A stretch of DNA of 63,167 nt, from the NCBI GenBank assembly GCA_015478575.1, contig JADMIN010000001.1, forward strand, positions 1 to 63,167. The letters run 5' to 3'. Under the pieces are notes generated by a model that saw only the letters and a program-made list of their open reading frames with translations, was not told the DNA's origin and did no database searches. Source of the DNA: Ktedonobacterales bacterium (GTDB lineage Bacteria > Chloroflexota > Ktedonobacteria > Ktedonobacterales > JADMIN01). Each line of letters opens with the position of its first letter. Position 1 is the first letter of the stretch. A program made the position numbers and the translations under genes. This document shows positions 33,862 to 42,689 of the stretch, piece by piece.

Positions 33862-34281
33862 CTAGCCCAGGTATTGCTGGACGCCGAGCGGGCCTTGCCC
33901 CGTGAAGCGGGCGAGATAGAGCGTGCGCGAGGCGAGCAGCCCTGGCGCGGCCTCCATATGGTAGGTCACGGTCCACACGCTGGTCGGGTCGCTCCCGTCG
34001 CCGCTCGCGGGGTAGTCTCCCGGCCAGGGTGTCGCGCCGTCCATGAGCGTGATGGCGGTGATCGTGTCGCCGGTCACGATGTCGGCCCCGCTCTCCACGA
34101 CCGCTTGATACTGGCTTTTGAGCGCGGCGTCGGGCAATACCAGATACGCGCTCGCCTTGACCGGCGCAAGGTGCGCGTAGACACCGGAGAGGTGGGCCGT
34201 GGCAGGGCCGGTCGCGTGCGCGGCGGCGTTGGACTGCCCCCGCTGGACGGTGAGCAGCACGTTGGGAAGTAGGACCGGCAT
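33862..34281 (-). CDS. head-tail adaptor / head closure protein (tentative)
   Basis: 139 aa. AAAGGGA lies before the ATG. Call by position. Confidence 0.5.
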   Translation of the reverse strand: MPVLLPNVLLTVQRGQSNAAAHATGPATAHLSGVYAHLAPVKASAYLVLPDAALKSQYQAVVESGADIVTGDTITAITLMDGATPWPGDYPASGDGSDPTSVWTVTYHMEAAPGLLASRTLYLARFTGQGPLGVQQYLG

Positions 34282-34359
34282 AGGACGCGTCCCTTTATGG
34301 CCATAGACCCCATCCCTAAAGGGAGGGGGCTTCTCGGTTCATCCCCACAGGTATCCCCG

Positions 34360-35328
34360 CTAGGCGAAGAACGCCCGATACGGCTCCAGAAACGCCTTGG
34401 CCTGCGTCAGGAACACGGTGTCGGCGCTGCTCTCTTTGCCGCCACTGCCGCGCAGGCGCGCCATGATCTGCACGTCGCCCTGCCGCACCAGCGCCGCGCC
34501 CGTGGGGTTCTGCGCGTAGGCCAGCAGTTCACGGGCGGCGAACGAGACGGCGCGACGGAAGCGCCACGGCACGGCATCTGGCGCGAAGCCGGCTGTGTAG
34601 GTGATGCTGGCCCAGGCGTCCGCGCCGCGATTGTAGATGGCGAAGCCACCGAGCGACGGGTAGCCCCCGGTGACCGGCGCGAGCCGCGGCACCTTGATGA
34701 GCATGCCACTCGTGTCGAACTCGGCCATCGTCGGGGTAAACGTCGTGCTGGCCGCTCCTGGCGCGTACTCGATGGCAACGGCAGAGAGCGCCGTGACGGG
34801 ATACCAGTGTGGCCGCAGCACGAGGCCATAGCCGCGGTCAATGTAGGCCCGCGTGGAGGGCATGATGAGCTTCTCCGTGCGCACCGTGGCGAAGAGGCCG
34901 CGGTCCTGCGGGCTGCCCTGCTGGCAGTACTCCTCGGCCCACGAGGAGGCGGCGAGCAGCGTGTCACCCAGTGCCCCCAGGGTGCCCCCACTGGAGACGG
35001 AGACGCCCGTCGCGTGGGCGTAGAACGCGCCGGTCGTGCCACCACCAGCGGTCAGGTTCGCGCCCAGCGTCAGCACGCCGGCGGTCGTGTTGACAGCGGT
35101 GATCTGGACAACCTCGCTCCACGGGCCGTCTAGGAGGTAGCACGCGGTCCCTGGCTGGAAGCCCGGCGTGCCCGCCGCGCCGCCCGCCGAGACGACCGTG
35201 AGACTGGTCGCCCCTGCCGCGCACGCCTGCGAGAGCGTGCTGTTGCCGCCAAGCAAGCCCGCCAGCGGTAGCGCCGGCTGGGAGGCGAGGAAGCCCGGCA
35301 CGTCGAGATAGCAGTTGAGGGTCGCCAT
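34360..35328 (-). CDS. head-tail connector (gp6-like) with an inserted decoration module (tentative)
   Basis: 322 aa. GGAAGGAG lies upstream. Call by position after the capsid gene. Confidence 0.5.
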   Translation of the reverse strand: MATLNCYLDVPGFLASQPALPLAGLLGGNSTLSQACAAGATSLTVVSAGGAAGTPGFQPGTACYLLDGPWSEVVQITAVNTTAGVLTLGANLTAGGGTTGAFYAHATGVSVSSGGTLGALGDTLLAASSWAEEYCQQGSPQDRGLFATVRTEKLIMPSTRAYIDRGYGLVLRPHWYPVTALSAVAIEYAPGAASTTFTPTMAEFDTSGMLIKVPRLAPVTGGYPSLGGFAIYNRGADAWASITYTAGFAPDAVPWRFRRAVSFAARELLAYAQNPTGAALVRQGDVQIMARLRGSGGKESSADTVFLTQAKAFLEPYRAFFA

Positions 35329-35346
35329 CCGCTGCGCCGCTCCTTC

Positions 35347-35742
35347 CTACCTACCGCCGCTGGCGGCATCGTCGGCATCGTCGGCATCGTCGCCGCCGTC
35401 GCCGCCGTCGCCGGGCCAGTTGTAGATGATGACTTCGGCGATGGCGTCCAACTGGACGTAGCGCACGGCGTTGGGTGTCGCGGTGTGACCGAAGTGCGTA
35501 CGCAGCGGCACGCGGACCTTGACCAGTTGGTCTGTGAGGTAGCGGCGCACGGTGCTCGCCCGCCAGTTGACGTGATAGACCATCTCGCCCGACATGGCCG
35601 CGTTCTGCAAGCGGATCTCGACGGGGTAGGTCGGCTCGACGGCGGGCGCGGGCGGCGCGGGCGCTGGTGGTGTGCTGGATGCGGCAGCCGTGGCGGCGGC
35701 GGCACCGCGTGGGGTACGGGGTGGTGTTGAGGATGCGGCCAT
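35347..35742 (-). CDS. hypothetical head-module protein
   Basis: 131 aa with Pro/Ala-rich N-terminal and acidic C-terminal repeats. Confidence 0.5.
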   Translation of the reverse strand: MAASSTPPRTPRGAAAATAAASSTPPAPAPPAPAVEPTYPVEIRLQNAAMSGEMVYHVNWRASTVRRYLTDQLVKVRVPLRTHFGHTATPNAVRYVQLDAIAEVIIYNWPGDGGDGGDDADDADDAASGGR

Positions 35743-35760
35743 GCGCTTCCCCTTTCTCTC

Positions 35761-35855
35761 GCGTATCGTGCGTATCGCGCGTATCGCGCGTATCGTGCGT
35801 GGCGGGCACGCCGGGCACGCCGGGCACGCCGGGCACGCCGGGCACGCCGGGCACG
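35761..35855. repeat. two adjacent 9-bp tandem arrays (GCGTATCGY x4; GCACGCCGG x5)
   Basis: Read directly. Lies between the capsid stop and the next start. Confidence 0.9.
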
Positions 35856-35932
35856 GGAAGAACGCCGTATGCCGCCGGGTACGCAGACCCTCCCCGGCGG
35901 CATACGGCAGGCTCGTGTGGTTGACGACGCTA

Positions 35933-35951
35933 CGCGGGGTTAGGCCCCGCG
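35933..35951 (-). terminator. GC hairpin just after the capsid stop
   Basis: CGCGGGG / CCCCGCG 7-bp stem with a 5-nt loop. No clear U tract. Confidence 0.45.
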
Positions 35952-35962
35952 CGGGGTTGGAC

Positions 35963-37585
35963 TCAGAGCGCCGGCGGCATGATGCCCGTGATCGCGCCGA
36001 AGCCGCCGAGGAAGTTGAGCTTAAGCGTCTCGTCCACGTAGTCCGCGAAGGCCCACTTCTGGTACTGTGCGGTGGGCGGGAAGTCGAAGCCGCGGTAGTC
36101 CTGATTGACCCGCACTTCCATCGTCTTGCCCGTGAAGTTGGGCACCGGCCACGGCAGCGCGTCAGAGAGCGCCACGATGGTCCCCTGGGGCAGATACGGC
36201 CACACTTCGATCACGACCACGCTGTTGGCGATGGGGTTGAGGATGCGGCCGATGCGCGCGCCGTAGGTGATGTTCTGCAGCGTCTCCGGCTTGGACAGGT
36301 CCACGACGAAGCGCGTGCCCGCCTGACTCTGGAAGAGGTTGGCGAGCGTGATGGCGTCGTAGCCGCTCACGGCCAGCCGGCTCGGCTTGGCGAGCGCGTT
36401 ATAGTACATGCCCGCGAACAGGGCGTAGAAGTCGTTGAGCGCGAGCGCCCCCGACGTCGACGCCGGTTGCAGGATGGTTGGCCCCATCGGATTGAGGCCG
36501 GTCATGGTGACGGTGTTGAGCGAGCCACCCGCCGCGGTGTACACCGACGTTGGCGCACCGCCCTGGTTGGACTGCCCGTTGTACGCCTGGTTGCCAGCGG
36601 AGAAGATCAGCGCCAGCAGGCCATTGAACATCAGCGGCTGGCCTGGGTGCGCCGCGGACAGCTGCGTAATGGCGGTGTTGGCCGTAGGCTGCGTCGCGCC
36701 ACTGGTGGCCAGGCTCGTCAGCGTGAAGGTGAAGTTGCCGATCAGCGAAAGGCCGCTCTGCGCGCCTGGCAGCGCGCCGCCCAGGAAGTTGGCGGCAGCC
36801 TGCCGGTACATCGTGGTCGGCGACGTGCCGACGTAGACGTTGTAGCCGGTCGCGTAGGGCACGCGGAAGGCGGTGACGGAGATCGTGGAGGTCGTGCCGG
36901 TGGTGGTGATCGTCGCGTTGCTCATCACGCCGTTGGTGTTGCTCTGCGCGATGGTAGCGAACGTCTCACCGTTGGCGCTGAGCGCCGAGACGGCGACGAA
37001 GTACGTGCCAGCGGCGACGGTGCCGCCCGTTGTGGTGGTCGTCGGGGGCAGCGGCGCGGGCGGTGCCCACAGGTAGTCGCAGCCGGAGATCAGCCAGTTC
37101 TCCTCGATCAGCTTGAGCGAGTAGAGCAACAGGCTCATCATCTGCGCCTTGAGGTCGCCCATGAAGCCCGCCGTGCGCCATTCCTCCTGGAAGGTGATGG
37201 ACTGCTGGACGGCGATGCTCTGCACGATGCTGTAGAGGTTGACGGTCGTGGGCACGATCTCGGAGGCCACCGCGCCGTCGTCCACGACGCCCGGCACGCC
37301 GTTCCAGCCGAGCTTGGTGATCGCGTGGAAGTAGTGGACGGGGTAGCCGCCCTCTTTCACACGCGGCAGGGAGGCCGAGAACATGACTTCGGTCGGCGTC
37401 ACCGTCTCCGCGGGACCCTTCAGGTCGTAGCCCTGGAAGCCGGTATAGCCGGTGTCAACGCTGGCGCGGTTGAGCACGCTGCGCTGCTCGATGCTCTGCT
37501 TGACGAGCGCGAGCGTTTCGTCAGTGATCTGGATGCCGTTCGCCCCCGGCGTCATGCCGGGGAGAATCAATGGGGAAGGAGGCAC
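35963..37585 (-). CDS. major capsid protein (HK97-fold type) with an inserted FN3-like domain
   Basis: Large ORF after the protease/scaffold gene. Start is GTG 37585 (AAAGGA 12 nt upstream) or ATG 37555. ORF-track start 37705 rejected. Confidence 0.85.
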   Translation of the reverse strand: MPPSPLILPGMTPGANGIQITDETLALVKQSIEQRSVLNRASVDTGYTGFQGYDLKGPAETVTPTEVMFSASLPRVKEGGYPVHYFHAITKLGWNGVPGVVDDGAVASEIVPTTVNLYSIVQSIAVQQSITFQEEWRTAGFMGDLKAQMMSLLLYSLKLIEENWLISGCDYLWAPPAPLPPTTTTTGGTVAAGTYFVAVSALSANGETFATIAQSNTNGVMSNATITTTGTTSTISVTAFRVPYATGYNVYVGTSPTTMYRQAAANFLGGALPGAQSGLSLIGNFTFTLTSLATSGATQPTANTAITQLSAAHPGQPLMFNGLLALIFSAGNQAYNGQSNQGGAPTSVYTAAGGSLNTVTMTGLNPMGPTILQPASTSGALALNDFYALFAGMYYNALAKPSRLAVSGYDAITLANLFQSQAGTRFVVDLSKPETLQNITYGARIGRILNPIANSVVVIEVWPYLPQGTIVALSDALPWPVPNFTGKTMEVRVNQDYRGFDFPPTAQYQKWAFADYVDETLKLNFLGGFGAITGIMPPAL

Positions 37586-37747
37586 GGTGGTGTCCGGTCC
37601 TTTCTGCCTTGCGCCAGCAGGGTGGCGCAAGGGGGGAGTGGGGGTGAGTAAGTGCGTGCGCGCGTGCGCGCGTGAATGCATGAATGCATGAACGGGAGGA
37701 CACAACGCGATGAATGGGGGAAGTGGCGCTGGCGCTGGCGCTGGCGC

Positions 37748-40063
37748 TTACCGGCCGCCCTGCTGCTTCATCTGTTGCTCGATGAGGTAGGACGCGGCAT
37801 TGATCTGGTCGCTCTGGCTGCGCAACACACCCTGCTCTTGCAGCCGCTTGATGGCGGCACGCATCAGGTCGGGCGAGAGGTCGGTGCCAGGCGTACTCTG
37901 CACAGCAGAGGCGTCCAGGATGGCCCCAGGTGTCAGTCCCAACGTCTTGTCGGCGGCACGCAGTATCGGTCCCACGCGGGCGTCCTGTTCCGCAATCTTC
38001 GCCACAAGGCCCTGTACCGCCTCCAGTGAGGCGCGTACCTCGCCAAGCTGACTTGCCATGCGGGTCAGTTCACCATCGGGAGACTGAACGGCGGTGAGCC
38101 GTGCGGCAATCCCACGGAACTGTGCAAAGAGCGGCAGCATCTCACGCTGCACTTCGGTTGAGATGGCAGCGCGAGCGGCGCGGTTGAGGGTAATGCGTTG
38201 CAGTTTGGCGGCGCGGCTCTTGTCCGCCCGCGCTGCCCGTGGCGGCTTTGGCGCCATCAACGGCGCCGTTGGCGCTGCCGCCGCGTCGCCCTCGGTGTCG
38301 TCCACGCCCTCGGTGTCACCCGCGGTGGCGTCGCTGCCGTTGCCGTTGCCGTCCACACCCTCGGTGTCGCCCGCGGTGCCGCCGTCCACGTCGTCGTCGC
38401 CGTCACTGTCGGGGTCGTAGAGGGAGACAGCGTCGTTGCAGGTCGGGCAGTCGCAGGTGCGCAGGATGGCAAGCGCCGCTTCATGCAGGCCCGCGCGGGT
38501 CGCCGCGCTGACCCGCGCACCGACACGCTCCAGCGGCCCGCGCTCGCCCTCGCCCTCGCCGGTCGCCGCGGTCGCCGCGGTCGCCGCGGTCGCCGCGGTC
38601 GCCGCGGTCGCCGCGGTCGCCGCGGTCGCCAGTGTCTCAGGGTGCGCAGGGTCGCCACTCTGCGCAGCCCGCTCGGTATCGCCGGCGGCGGCGCCCTGGC
38701 TGCTGGCATCGCCCTGACTGCTGGCGTCGTCGCTGCTCGTGTGGGCGTGGTCGTGCGTCGCGTTGTTGTCGTGGCTGTGCGTGTGCTCGTGCGTCGCGTC
38801 GCCGCCCTGGCTCCCGAACGCGGGATGCGCGTGGGTGTGCGTGCCAGTGAAGGCGCCATGCGAGGCACGCGGCTCGTCGCCACTCTGTGCCAGCGCCTGC
38901 GCACCCACGCCGGTCGTGCCCTCCGGCCGCGGCGTGTTGTCGGTCGTCTTGGAGCGGTCGTGCGCGGTGATGGCGGGCGTGAGCTGCGCCACGGCGCGAG
39001 CGATGGCCTCGCGCTGCTCATTGGGGATGCTGAACTGCGCCAGCAGGTCGTCCAGGCTCGGTGGCGGTAGTGTCGCCGCTGGCACGGTCTGCGCTTCTGG
39101 CTGTTCTCGATCGAGAACGTCACTCACGAATGCTTCTCCATCGGCGGAGAATGCCGCCGCACGGTAGAGGACGAGGCCAGCGGCGGCGTCCGGATTGCTC
39201 GGCACATCCACGAGGCTAACTTCGCCGTACTTGTAGTCGGTGTAGACCGGCACGGAGCGGTTGCCGACCATGCGCGTCTGCCGCCTGGCGTCGTAGGCGC
39301 TGATCGAGAAGCCGGAGAGCGTACCGTCGCAGACCTTGGCCCAGGTGTCGGGTGCGCCGCGTGAGACGCGGGCACGGAGAATGACTTGCTTATTGGCGTC
39401 GTCGAAGCGCACGTCCACGCGGCGGCCGACCGCCTTATGCGCGTCGTGCTGCTCGCGAATGTTGCCCGCCCACGCCTCTGCCGCCCGTTTGGCGCTCTCG
39501 TAGTCGAAGATCGTGCCGTAGGTGTCAATGGCCTCGCTGGTCATGACGCCTTCGATTTCCCACCTGTCGTCGTCGCGGCGCACGAACGGCACGTAGATGG
39601 AGCCGTCCACGGTGGGCGCGGTGAAGGCCGCGCCGCGAGCGACCCGTGCGCTGCCATCGGCGCTGCCATCGGCGCTGCCATCGGCGCTGCCATCGGCGCT
39701 GCCGGACACGTCAATACCGAGCGACTTGGCGGCGGCGACGAGCGTGCGCTTGGCGCTCGCCTTGGCGCTGTCGGGGATGTTCGTGTGGGAGAGGCGGGCG
39801 AGGGCGTTGCGGACGTGGTCCGCGTCGGGCTTGCCGTCCGCGTCTTTGTAGGGCAGGTGGCGCAGGCTGCGCGGCTGCGTTTTGCCGTCCGCGTCCTTGG
39901 ACCCGCCATCCCCGATAAATGCAAACGAGGAATCCGGTAGGTCGTTCTGGAACGCGGTGCTCCACGTGGCGCGGTCAAGCGGCTCGTCGCCCGTGGTGAG
40001 GATGTCGGCGTCCGCGGTCACGGGTGCGGTCACGGGTGCGGTCGTCTCGTGAGCGTCGGCCAT
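37748..40063 (-). CDS. prohead protease (HK97 S78-like) fused to a scaffold-like C-terminal region
   Basis: ATG at 40063 lies 9 nt after AAGGAGG. DLPDSSFAFIG..RHLPYKD..VRNALARL, then a protease-like core and a long acidic/His-rich and coiled-coil tail. Confidence 0.75.
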   Translation of the reverse strand: MADAHETTAPVTAPVTADADILTTGDEPLDRATWSTAFQNDLPDSSFAFIGDGGSKDADGKTQPRSLRHLPYKDADGKPDADHVRNALARLSHTNIPDSAKASAKRTLVAAAKSLGIDVSGSADGSADGSADGSADGSARVARGAAFTAPTVDGSIYVPFVRRDDDRWEIEGVMTSEAIDTYGTIFDYESAKRAAEAWAGNIREQHDAHKAVGRRVDVRFDDANKQVILRARVSRGAPDTWAKVCDGTLSGFSISAYDARRQTRMVGNRSVPVYTDYKYGEVSLVDVPSNPDAAAGLVLYRAAAFSADGEAFVSDVLDREQPEAQTVPAATLPPPSLDDLLAQFSIPNEQREAIARAVAQLTPAITAHDRSKTTDNTPRPEGTTGVGAQALAQSGDEPRASHGAFTGTHTHAHPAFGSQGGDATHEHTHSHDNNATHDHAHTSSDDASSQGDASSQGAAAGDTERAAQSGDPAHPETLATAATAATAATAATAATAATAATGEGEGERGPLERVGARVSAATRAGLHEAALAILRTCDCPTCNDAVSLYDPDSDGDDDVDGGTAGDTEGVDGNGNGSDATAGDTEGVDDTEGDAAAAPTAPLMAPKPPRAARADKSRAAKLQRITLNRAARAAISTEVQREMLPLFAQFRGIAARLTAVQSPDGELTRMASQLGEVRASLEAVQGLVAKIAEQDARVGPILRAADKTLGLTPGAILDASAVQSTPGTDLSPDLMRAAIKRLQEQGVLRSQSDQINAASYLIEQQMKQQGGR

Positions 40064-40136
40064 GTACGTGGCCCTCCTTGTGTATGGCTGGGGTGGGGGG
40101 AGGTGGGGTGGCAGTCGGGCAGTCGGGCAGGGGCGG

Positions 40137-40589
40137 CTATGCGCCAAACTCGTCCAGGCGGCCAGTCTCACGGAGCCAGCGAGCGAACAAGAGGTAGCGC
40201 AGATCAAAGTTAGGGGCGGTATCGTCCGGGAAGCCGCCGCGACGGTGCTTGGCGGCGACCAGTGCCAGCCGCCGCACGTCCTCCGGTGAGAGCGCGGGCG
40301 GCGCTGGCTCCGTGCGCTCCTGGGCGGGTTCCTGGGCGGGTTCCTGGGCGGGTTCCTGGGCGGGCGATGACGCCAGCAAGCCCCGCACGGCCAGACGGGC
40401 GCGGTAGGCGGCGTAGCGTGCGACCCAGGAGCCGAGTGCGCCCCCGCCGTCGCCGCCCCCGCCGTCGCCGCCCCCGCCGCCGTCGTGCGGGGGCGTGCGT
40501 GTGCGATCATTGAGCAGCATGGCCTCAAAGGCGGCGCTCATCGGCATGCTCTGGTCGCGCCACATATAGTCGCGGTCGTCGAGGGACAT
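40137..40589 (-). CDS. hypothetical protein (C-terminal DLRYLLFARWLRETGRL motif)
   Basis: 150 aa. AGGAG lies 10 nt before the ATG. Confidence 0.55.
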   Translation of the reverse strand: MSLDDRDYMWRDQSMPMSAAFEAMLLNDRTRTPPHDGGGGGDGGGGDGGGALGSWVARYAAYRARLAVRGLLASSPAQEPAQEPAQEPAQERTEPAPPALSPEDVRRLALVAAKHRRGGFPDDTAPNFDLRYLLFARWLRETGRLDEFGA

Positions 40590-40693
40590 GGTGCATCGCT
40601 CCTGTCTGCCAGGTGGGGAGGTGTGACGCCGCGTGGTCGTGCAGCGTACTACGGGACACGCGAAAAGTGGTACTAATCCGCTAGCATTCAGGG

Positions 40694-40722
40694 TTGACGG
40701 GTGTTACCATTTATAGTATTAG
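40694..40722 (+). promoter_or_regulatory. sigma-70-like promoter for the recombinase gene
   Basis: TTGACG, 17-nt spacer, TATTAG in a low-GC patch. GGGGAGG SD before the ATG at 40758. Confidence 0.5.
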
Positions 40723-40757
40723 GGCTAATTCTATAAACCGGGGAGGCTGGCGAAGCG

Positions 40758-41564
40758 ATGGGACGTCCGAAGAAACCGGCTCCGCCGCACCGTTCTGGCA
40801 CTCGTGCTGTCCTGTATCTGCGCGTGAGCCAGGAGGACGGCACGAAGAAGGACGGCACGAAGAAGCAAGGGCTGGATGTGCAGTTGGATGCGTGCGAAGC
40901 CTACGTCTCAATGAAGCGGTATCAGACGATTGCCACGCTGCGCGATGACGGCGTGAGCGGAGCCACGCGCTGGCAGGAGCGTGTGGGATTGTCGGAGGCG
41001 ATGCGCCGCTGTGCTGAAGGTACAGCGGACGTGATCGTGGCCTACCATCAGGACCGCTTCGCTCGCAAGATGGGTGTATTCGAGGACATACGCGACTACG
41101 CCCTGACACACGCCTTCCGGCTGGAGACGGCAGACGGGCGTGTGCTGACGGACAGCAACGACTTCATTACTGGCGACGTGCTCTCGCTCGTGTCGGCCAT
41201 TGAGCGCAGACGCATCGCCATGCGCTTCTACGGCGCACGCCGTCACCGCGGTAAGCAGGACGGGCGCGGCAGTGGGCGTATGCCGTGGGGCTACCGTGTG
41301 GCGCCGGACGGCACGCTCACCATTGACGATCAGGCGGCAGCGGGTGTGCGGCTGCTGTTCCGCTTACGCCAGCGGGGCGAGACGTACCAGCAGACCGCCG
41401 ATGCACTGAACGCGCGCGGCTTCACGACACCGACCGGCAAGCAGTGGACGGTCGGGCATGTCCAGGGCATCGAGCGCAACAAAGAATTGTACCACACTGG
41501 CGTGCGGCGCTGGGACGGCGTGACAGCAGAGCAACGCTGGCCCACGCTTATTGAGAGGAGATAG
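40758..41564 (+). CDS. small serine recombinase (resolvase catalytic domain plus recombinase domain, no zinc-ribbon/coiled-coil)
   Basis: LYLRVSQED, AYHQDRFARK, MPWGYRV.. motifs. 268 aa. Codon usage is more A/T-ending than its neighbours. Confidence 0.85.
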   Translation: MGRPKKPAPPHRSGTRAVLYLRVSQEDGTKKDGTKKQGLDVQLDACEAYVSMKRYQTIATLRDDGVSGATRWQERVGLSEAMRRCAEGTADVIVAYHQDRFARKMGVFEDIRDYALTHAFRLETADGRVLTDSNDFITGDVLSLVSAIERRRIAMRFYGARRHRGKQDGRGSGRMPWGYRVAPDGTLTIDDQAAAGVRLLFRLRQRGETYQQTADALNARGFTTPTGKQWTVGHVQGIERNKELYHTGVRRWDGVTAEQRWPTLIERR

Positions 41565-41603
41565 CCGTGGCGCAGCCGTGGCGCAGCCGTGGCGCAGCCG
41601 TGG
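41565..41603. repeat. 11-bp tandem repeat x3.5 (CCGTGGCGCAG)
   Basis: Starts immediately after the recombinase stop codon. Confidence 0.9.
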
Positions 41604-41718
41604 ACGGTCCAGAAGCAGGACATCATTCGCTCTGAGGACGATATACTGGACCTCGACATCATTTTGATGGGATGTCGTCGCGCACGCCCGTGTACGGCAG
41701 TACGCGTACGCGTACGTA

Positions 41719-42186
41719 CTACGGTCTGTTCCTCTTTGCCTGGCGCGGTGCGGCCAGCAGCAGCCGGTCTTTCTCCGGCCACCACGAGTCGGGGCAAATC
41801 TTGAGGTCTATGCGCGTGAAGCCGATGTACAGCCCGTCGTCAATCATCCACTTCCAGTAGGGCTGTGTAACGAACAGATAGTGGTGCAGCCGGTCGAGAT
41901 AGGCGGGCATCATGTGCGGGTCGCGGTGTTCGTCGGCGGTGGTAGCGTTGGGTGGGATAGGGCCGAACTGCGTCACGAAGCGGTCGTGCGGCAGGATGAT
42001 GCTCACGTCCAGGTCGCGCGGGCGCGTCGTGGTGAGCGCGGAGCCGACGAGATAGACCGGTGCCTGCTCGTGGTCGGCCACGCGCCGCGCCCACGCCCGC
42101 AGGCGACGCAGGCGCGCCCAGGTGAGCGTCTTGTAGTCGCGGTGCGGCTCCGCGTGCGCTTTGCCTAAGATCGGCTCACCGGCCAT
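41719..42186 (-). CDS. minimal nucleotidyltransferase (Pol-beta superfamily) domain protein
   Basis: VYLVGSALTTTRPRDLDVSI fits the GS..D.D NTase motif. AAGGGGG lies upstream. Confidence 0.6.
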   Translation of the reverse strand: MAGEPILGKAHAEPHRDYKTLTWARLRRLRAWARRVADHEQAPVYLVGSALTTTRPRDLDVSIILPHDRFVTQFGPIPPNATTADEHRDPHMMPAYLDRLHHYLFVTQPYWKWMIDDGLYIGFTRIDLKICPDSWWPEKDRLLLAAPRQAKRNRP

Positions 42187-42656
42187 GTGGGAACCGCCCC
42201 CTTTGTCTCCGGCGCACGCGGCCGCGTGCGCCGGTCATGAGCGCCGATATGGCCCATACGAGCATCCAACCGCGGCCCTGCCGTTGCCGCCAGCGCCGAC
42301 GATACCAGATCAAGCGCGGGCACCGCCCGCGCGTACCCATCCTGCCCTGGCTCAATCTCAATCAACGCCAGCACAGCCGAGCGGCCCGCCAGCACGTGTG
42401 CCAGATAACGGTGGTGGCCGTCCAGTGGCGTGAAATACTGCTCTCCCCGCTTGCCCCGATGATGTGGGGCGAGCGTGACCGGCCCGGTGTCCTTGCGCTC
42501 GTTGCCAGGAGCCGTGAGCAAGCGCAGGTAGTGCAGCACCCGCGCCGGATAGCGCACCTGATGCTCGGTCAGCACGATATGGGAGAGCGGCACGCGGGCC
42601 ACGACGTAGCGCGTTTCAGGGATGATCACGCTTCTCGCTCCACCTGGGGTAGCCAC
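42165..42656 (-). CDS. ParB/sulfiredoxin-like nuclease domain protein
   Basis: FTPLDGHHRYLAH core. GTG start. The 3' end overlaps the NTase start by 22 nt. Confidence 0.6.
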   Translation of the reverse strand: MATPGGARSVIIPETRYVVARVPLSHIVLTEHQVRYPARVLHYLRLLTAPGNERKDTGPVTLAPHHRGKRGEQYFTPLDGHHRYLAHVLAGRSAVLALIEIEPGQDGYARAVPALDLVSSALAATAGPRLDARMGHIGAHDRRTRPRAPETKGAVPTWPVSRS

Positions 42657-42689
42657 AAGCCCCCCCCGGCTTGCGGTGGGCTATTTCCG

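Noticed and set aside
34282-34359. GGTTCATCC, a T-loop-like sequence suggesting a tRNA in the gap before the connector gene.
   Set aside because: No acceptor stem, D arm or anticodon arm can be drawn around it. The gap is only 78 nt and also carries the SD for the downstream gene.
33714-35855. Tandem arrays considered as a possible CRISPR or other spacer-containing array.
   Set aside because: The units are 9-12 bp and directly adjacent, with no unique spacers. No cas genes or leader are present. These are simple tandem repeats.
35672-37651. 659-aa plus-strand ORF, one of the longest in the track.
   Set aside because: It lies exactly antisense to the major capsid gene. The product is Arg/Gly/His-rich with no motifs. 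This is a typical shadow frame in GC-rich DNA.
40064-40528. N-terminal extension of the protease/scaffold ORF (start 40528).
   Set aside because: It overlaps gene 40137..40589 in another frame and reads as a Pro/Arg-rich repeat translation. AAGGAGG plus the ATG at 40063 gives the canonical DLPDSSFAF N-terminus.
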